Below are positions 12,951 through 64,000 of a stretch of 64,000 nucleotides of DNA, piece after piece; position 1 is the stretch's first letter; the number at the start of each line of letters is the position of its first letter. Under the pieces are notes generated by a model, which worked only from the letters and a program-made list of their open reading frames with translations, did not search any database and was not told the origin of the DNA. The position numbers and the translations under genes were made by a program. This stretch comes from Octopus vulgaris (lineage: Eukaryota): the NCBI GenBank assembly GCA_951406725.2, contig OX597815.1, positions 153,698,001-153,762,000 on the forward strand, in the 5' to 3' direction.

Positions 12951-14579
12951 CTCTCTCTCTCTCTCTCACACACACGCACACAAATACACACTTTCTCATT
13001 TTTTGAAACTATACACAATATGTAATGGAACTCTGTTATCCTTAAAAATCTAATCGTTGAAAATTTAGTTTGAAATACCATAGAAAGTGGAACATAATTT
13101 ATTTTTTTAAATGTTTCAAATTTGAATTCGTTTATACTTATAAAATATTCAGGAATTATGTTCTTCGAAATACGTTATTAATTTTTATAATGTTTGAAAA
13201 ATATATAGATTCTTTAATGTTTGTTAATAGCTTCATATATATAAAATGCGAGTAAAACATAAAATGCAAGTAAAACAAAGTATCATTCAATATATTTTAA
13301 ATAAGAGTTCACATTTATTTTTACAACGAAGAGAGTTGGAGTTGATGGTTACTTCCAAGTTTCATCGGTCGTTGACTACGTTAGACTGATTTCGTGAATA
13401 ACCGGCAAAACTTAGTACTTATAGGTCTTCTTTTCTTCTTTCGTATTTTTTCTAAAGTGTGGTGATAAAGAGATAGGGGGGTCACAGGTCCTTTATCAAC
13501 TGGTTTAATAACATTAGAAATAAACGTAGCAGTGCTCAACTGATACTTATAGTATCGATTCCGGAAGGATGAAAGGCAAAATCGATCTCGGTGGCATGTC
13601 AATTAAGCAGGTTAAATCAAAAGAAATGCCGCTAAGCATTTTTCCGGTGCCGTAACGATCCTGCCAGCAGAAATAGCAGTGACAAACTGAGTAGACACCG
13701 CATTGACAAACAAACGCAGAAATTGTTGTGGCGTGTACTATTTTCAAATAGTAGCGCTAATTTGTGGTAGCTGGCAATATGACGATATGTCGTATTGCCG
13801 AAGAAATATGATTGTCGTTTTTCCATTGGTTAATATAACTGCTCATATAGGAATTCTAAAAGTTAGTTAAAGAATATTTCTATGTGATTTCGAATCTTTA
13901 AAGTCAAGTTGAGCGGTTATAAAAGCCCTGGATTTTGGGAAAAACTTCAGTGTTTGTGGGATGTAACTAAACTCCACAACACTCACTCCTTTGAGACACT
14001 GGTTATTTTTTATGCCATGTCCATGGAAAATCCAACAAGACTTGTTTGAATTGTTGAGATTTAATATAGCTAGAGTGAGGAATTAGTTAAAATGTTAAGT
14101 CGTAATTCACTACGACAAAAATTACTTTTCTTCAAAATGCATATAAATATTAAAAATGCTATATGTATATAATAAGATAATGTAGAAATTATTTTCTCTT
14201 ACTTCACGTTCTTCAATTTATAAATGAAGGTATTTCTGTAATTATGAAATTGTATTTTTTTTTATAGCGGTAAAAAGAACACGAAGTTAGTAATATTTAA
14301 CATACATGCACGATTAATGTCCATTATCGTTCCAGAAAGTATATTTCTCGCTATGGCATTTTTGTAGCTGGAGTCAGGATTTACGTATAAAGATAACACT
14401 TATAAGTAAGTTATAAGTGACGGTTTTATCATTATATATCCCTACTTAAAAAGCTAAATATATTTATCTATTTCCATATAGGAAACAATAAAGTAGCGTT
14501 ACATTAACAGTAAACAAACCAACCAGAAAATATTCGCTATATAATATAAGAAAAACTTGGTAGTCCGCTATATTGTATT

Positions 14580-14784
14580 CACCTCAATAGACGTCATTCA
14601 TTGGTTGAAATTGCCGAAATGCAAGAAATTTAACAACAGATAGCTTACAAACTACAGAATTTTCTCAAGAAAGCCAAGAGAGGAAGATGTTTTATGTAAC
14701 ACATTCTACCAGTATACGAAGTTTAAAAGTGTTTAGTTACAAAGAATTTATTTTAAAAATCTGCCGGTCAAAGTGAAAAGATCC
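14580..14784. mobile_element. Partial copy of the 47727-48187 MITE family
   Basis: Reverse-complement similarity to 47727-47930; ends ...GAAAAGATCC. Confidence 0.65.
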
Positions 14785-17700
14785 AACTTTTCCAAATGTA
14801 ATAACTTGTCCAGTAATTTTCCAGGTTTATAATCTTACGAATATTATTTCTCTTGCTCGCATTTTTTTCATGTAATCCCTGTTTTTTCCAGGCTATGCTA
14901 TTATGTTAATTAATAATGTGTCAAGTAGCAGTGTCGTTGACAAGTTTTTCCTTACCTCAATGATGCCGGTGACATATATTAAAAGTCCCTTCATAGAACT
15001 ATACTGATAAAAAAGTGCAGAACTATATTATCACCCTCAAATTTGAGAAACACTCATGACTTTTTTAAAAAACTTAATTGCTTGAGATTGATACCATAAA
15101 ATTCCTCGAAATGATCTCTATCGTTTAAGCTTAATTAAAATATAGCTTGTTTTTAAAATAAAAGAGTTAATTCTACTTAAATTCAATTTTTTGCCTTACT
15201 TATATTTTTTCATGATATTTTACCTCACGACTTTTTTGATACAAATTTTTGTTGCATGTGACCAAAACTATGAAATTCTTCACGTTTTCTTTTATCATTG
15301 AAGCTAAGATAAATATATTTTGCTATTAAAATGAAAAAATTATTTCGATCTAAACTTGATTGGTGGCGTTACTTACTCTCCTATAACGTTGCTACAAATT
15401 TTAATGTAAACTGGACGAAATCTTAATTTTTTAATGCTATAATGTAGCTAGGGACCAGTCCTCTTCAAAATTGTTAACGGTTTTCTATTTGGTTAAGAAA
15501 TGAAATAGCGACGAGCTCTGAAAGATGCTGCGTGTATGTAAATTGCGGCCTTAAGAATATTATTCAACTACTACTGTAGTTGAATTATTTATCTTTCATA
15601 TTGTTTAAATCATGAAATACGCAGAGATAATGAGCACAATTTCTGTATATTCCTGAATAGTTGCTGATCTTCATTTTTCTGTTAGAAGAAATTCGGTAAT
15701 ATAAGTGTTAAGTCTTTGTTGTAAATGAATACAAATCAACCTATTTACGTGTTGTTTCAGCTGTATAATGTATGCATAAATAACAAGTTGCAACGATTTT
15801 CCCTTTCACTGCAGAAACGAAAACATGTTTTGAGATCTTTCTCTTCCAAACTGTCATGACGACTTTCAGTTGTTAAACGCTTGCAATTTGTAATTAATTT
15901 ACGAGTGTTATTTGTATTAGGGTGGGGGGAATCGTTTTTGCTGAAATAACAGCAATAATTAATTCTGTATCAAAGAGAATAATTAAATTTCTCCTGCTCT
16001 AATTTAATTTCGGTTTCTGAAAAACAATTAGTGAAAGTTTAACTGGGAAGTATGAGGTAGAGACGCTTAACTGTTACTGACTAATGTCATGATGCGTGGT
16101 ACTTAAAATTTATAGAAGATGGGAAAATAAGGAACTTTGATGTTTATTTCTTCTGTAAATTAATAACTTGATTTGAAACAGAATTATATTTGAGTTATTA
16201 ATCATATTGCTGGACTACAGAGTCCACTACAAGAATGGAAATTATGTTAGCTAAGTGGCTTTTGTTTTTGTTTTAAATATTTACGTTTCAAGTAAATTGA
16301 TTAGATCGACGACGAGGGAGAGAAGAATGGGGGGGGTTCGTTATAGATTGATTTCTGTCTAGTCAAAACGCATTATGAAGGTAGGTGTTCATGAGACATG
16401 CAGTTATTAGGAAGATAGCTTTGACAGTGACTACGACTGGGGGAATATAAAGTATGTTTGAATGGGAGCAGAAACAAAGTAATCAAGCGGAGAAGCATAT
16501 CAGATGCCGTAAAACTGATAGGGGTATTATTGAGGGAATGATAGCATAGAAAGAAATATCGATAGAATGGTTAGTTAAGAGAAGGTGAATCGGCGGTGGG
16601 AGGAACACTCTTCAAGAAGTTTACCCAGGGGATTAATCTGGAGTTTGTTTACTTAGTAGTCCCCAGTCTACCAGATCTCCGCCATACTTTCGCTTACATA
16701 ATTTTTTTTTCTTTTAGTTTTATTCAGAATTTATCTAATATTAAATTCTTTTTAATATGATTAAATCCAACATTAAGGTGAAACAAATTAATCAATAGAG
16801 TCAATCGAAGTGAAATACTGGCATTTGTTTCATAGAACACAGACTCTGGTGCACACTGAGTTAAAAAATTGCAGGTCTGAAACAAAATTCTGCAAGCTAT
16901 TTACCCCGATATGCTTACAGTGTTTGCCAAGTATACGTTACCAAAACGGTGTCCTCTGAAGTTTTTCAACAGAATAAGATCATTCCATACGATAACGAGA
17001 GGCAAATTCTTGTATGACAACCGTCTGTTGACATATCCAAGAGGAGCAGTAAGGTTAAACAAGGACGACACTTACTGTCACAGTTTTATGACACGCTCGA
17101 TACTTCTCATGTAGGATACTATGTGTAAGTTATAAGCTGAATAGAAATTAAAGAATTTCAATAAACTTTTTTCCTAATCGTGTTCATCACTAAGTTTGAA
17201 TTACTGATTCTTTAAGACTTCGATCCGCCTACTACATTGACTTCGTCATCAGAGACAATACTTCAACTTTGACAAGTATCATCAGTTGCATGTAAGAAAA
17301 CAAGGATCTCACTATACAGATTCAGTTGGAAATAAACAAAGCTTATATCTTCAATACACTTTTATACCTTAGTGTTGCTAGAGCGATGTGTGTAAAGTAG
17401 AAAAAATAACTTATGCTTTGGGGACCAAATATAAATTTTCATTATTCTTTGGTAAAAATCACAAGCCGGACTCGTGTATAATTGCTTCATATGATGCATG
17501 ATCGCATCTCTCTTTTTAATGAACACTTACAAATGCTGAGATTCGGTATACATAGACATTTTTAAATAGAAGAAATTATTTGAAATCGAGGAATAAGGAG
17601 TGAGAGAAGAAACTCCAGAGCTTGGACAAAGCGCATGTGACGCAGACATAAGAAAATGTGTGCACAATAAAATCTTATGCAGAATAAAGCATATTTTTTG

Positions 17701-18003
17701 CCAATATTAGGTGTCAGCAACTATTTACTATTATTGCAAAACTCGAGAAAGATTTATCATTGCATGAATTATTTCTATAGAAATAACGAATCAATAATTT
17801 TTGAGTAATCATTAATAATCAAATGACATTAGTTAAAAGTTGTCATGAGATTGATCAATCACTACATTTCATTGGCTTTAGAAAATTACTATGTGCGGTG
17901 TTAACAAAGATGAACAAAAAAGTACCAGAAATATATTGGTGTTATTTAACATTGTGTCTTTGTGTTTAATATGTTAGAGCTAAAAGTAATGATAGAGAAA
18001 GTA

Positions 18004-18058
<55 letters not shown>

Positions 18059-18225
18059 CAGTTCAAATAAATGACCAATAAAATTAACAATTACAAGCAA
18101 CAAGAGGACGTGCACAAAGCATGTATTAGTTTGACGATCATAGTTATATATATATATAATGTATATATGTTTATTGAGAGAGGGAGAGGGGACTATATAG
18201 AAAGCGAGAGAGCTACAAAGAAAAA

Positions 18226-62294
<44,069 letters not shown>

Positions 62295-63390
62295 CACTTT
62301 GACTGTGTTGCTATATTTTGCAACGAGGATATGAAATAAAGTGGCTTTACGATTCGATAAAATACGTCATTCAGCAAGGAACACCTAACTATATGGTATA
62401 ATCCCACTTTCAGTTTAAAAGTTAAAAACATTATTACCAGGTCCTTCCTAAACTTAATGAACACGCATTTCCATAACGACCATAAATTCTACAAGATTTT
62501 AACAGATACAATCTCAAAGTTAGTTATAGCTAAACTGGCGATTTCGCCTCTTCCATAGTCAGAATCAATAGGAAATAGATAGGCCCTTCCACAAACAAAC
62601 GTTTCTTCTCAATGTAATCGCCTCCATAAAAGTACATTCCTTTTAAACGGTAAATGCTTTCAGCGAAATATTGTTTGCTGTGCTAAAGTTGCAACCAACA
62701 ATAACAGCAACGATACAAAGTGCTTCATAACCCTCACTGACAAATTTAAATCTAAACATTCCCAGCTTACGTAAACTTTTAGATAGGAGGAACAAAATCA
62801 GCAACAACTCTTTCAAAATACTTTTGGAGCTTAAATAACAAAGTGACCAACTTCAGCAGCAAATCGTCTATTATAGAATCTGCTCCCTCGCATATTAATG
62901 GTAACAACTGTCTCTTCTGCTCAGCAGAAAAATTTAACATCCTCACTCAACTTCTCAGACCATTAAATTTCAACTCGGAGTCGATTTCGTCAATCCCTCA
63001 TCACTGGGAGTTCTTTCTACGATTCTTCAAACTACCAACTAGATGGTACTCTGCATACTCCTAATCGTCTCTGGAAATGTTTAACCCATTGCCTCATCAT
63101 AATCGACTTTCTAACCTCTTTGTAAGCAGACCATTAAATTGTTTTCTGCCCCATTCCTCTCAATCTTTACAGGCTTCAACCTTTACACGCTTGATGTACA
63201 CTAATCTAAATTCACATTTCTTCTAATACAACCGTTTTTACATTATAGTTTCTTTAACACTACTTTCTTTTTTGCTCCACAGTTTGGAAACCACTTTCCT
63301 TGCATTACAGTTCTGAACATTGATTCAGTTTTGTGCACCTTTTCTACTAGTTTTATTTTACGATTTATATATAACATTGTAATACACTTA

Positions 63391-63510
63391 TACCAGAACC
63401 AGTTATCTATCCCATCTGAGAGATATTTTATCATATTTAATTTCTTATGTGTAGTTATCTATCCCATCTGAGAGATACTTTATCATAATTAATTTCTTAT
63501 GGGTAGTTCA
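63391..63510. repeat. About 52-bp tandem duplication
   Basis: AGTTATCTATCCCATCTGAGAGATA...TTTCTTATG occurs twice. Confidence 0.8.
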
Positions 63511-63579
63511 ACTCTCTTTTTGACTTGTCAATTTTCATTTATTTCATTTCTGCATTCCATTATTTATATCAAGCAACGT

Positions 63580-64000
63580 TTTGAAACATGAAATATTTCA
63601 ACAATGCGGAAATTTTATTAATCAAAATAAGTATCATTACAATCAACACATTTTTGCCAACGAGTCACAAGTTTGTTTATTTCGGTAACATAAAAAGTTA
63701 GAGTTCTGGAACTGATGAACTCTTTGAACGCACTTTCAGCATCGGTTTGGGTTTTGAACTCCTCTCGCAGGAAACCAGCAAGGTGTCTGAAAAAGTGGTA
63801 GTCGGTAGGAGAAAGGTCTGCGGAATAAGCTGGGTGAGAACTTCACAGTCAAGTTCCCTTAATTTCTGGAGCGTCATTAGAGAAACGTGTGGTCGAGCAT
63901 TGTCATGAAGAATGATTGACCCTCTCCTGTTGACCAGTCTGGGACGGGGAAGTAGCAGTTTTTCGTTCATTTTGGTATTTTCATGGCAATATGTTTCTGC
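63580..64000 (-). mobile_element. Mariner transposase 3' fragment, continues beyond the window
   Basis: IILHDNARPH followed by frameshifted AYSADLSPTDYHFF. Confidence 0.85.

Noticed and set aside
17185-17270. Possible hammerhead (CTGATGA on the minus strand)
   Set aside because: GAAG instead of GAAA, and stems I and II pair poorly.

Overview
AT-rich, microsatellite- and transposon-dense animal DNA, most likely a coleoid cephalopod (Octopus-like), inferred from the tRNA-derived SINE families, Dong/R4, RTE and Penelope-like elements and (TA)n/(CA)n/(TAA)n density. The only host gene I can support is a minus-strand, 12-exon secreted GH18 chitinase (ATG 62294 to TAA 18226, about 587 aa). It has a signal peptide, a GH18 domain with a variant catalytic motif (DGIEIDWE), a 20-nt linker microexon and three CBM14/peritrophin-A domains. 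I assembled it by hand from GT-AG sites and the reading frame closes across all junctions (the exon 1 donor is ambiguous). The most notable extra signals are: (1) hammerhead ribozymes, including one in a 584-bp direct repeat at the window start (Penelope pLTR/retrozyme-like) and a complete canonical one at 46320-46368; (2) the frame-critical microexon is bracketed by two near-identical inverted Dong LINEs and long hairpins, a possible RNA-structure switch between full-length and catalytic-only chitinase; (3) MITEs carrying internal telomeric repeats. Nearly all ORFs in the supplied track are microsatellite or TE artefacts.
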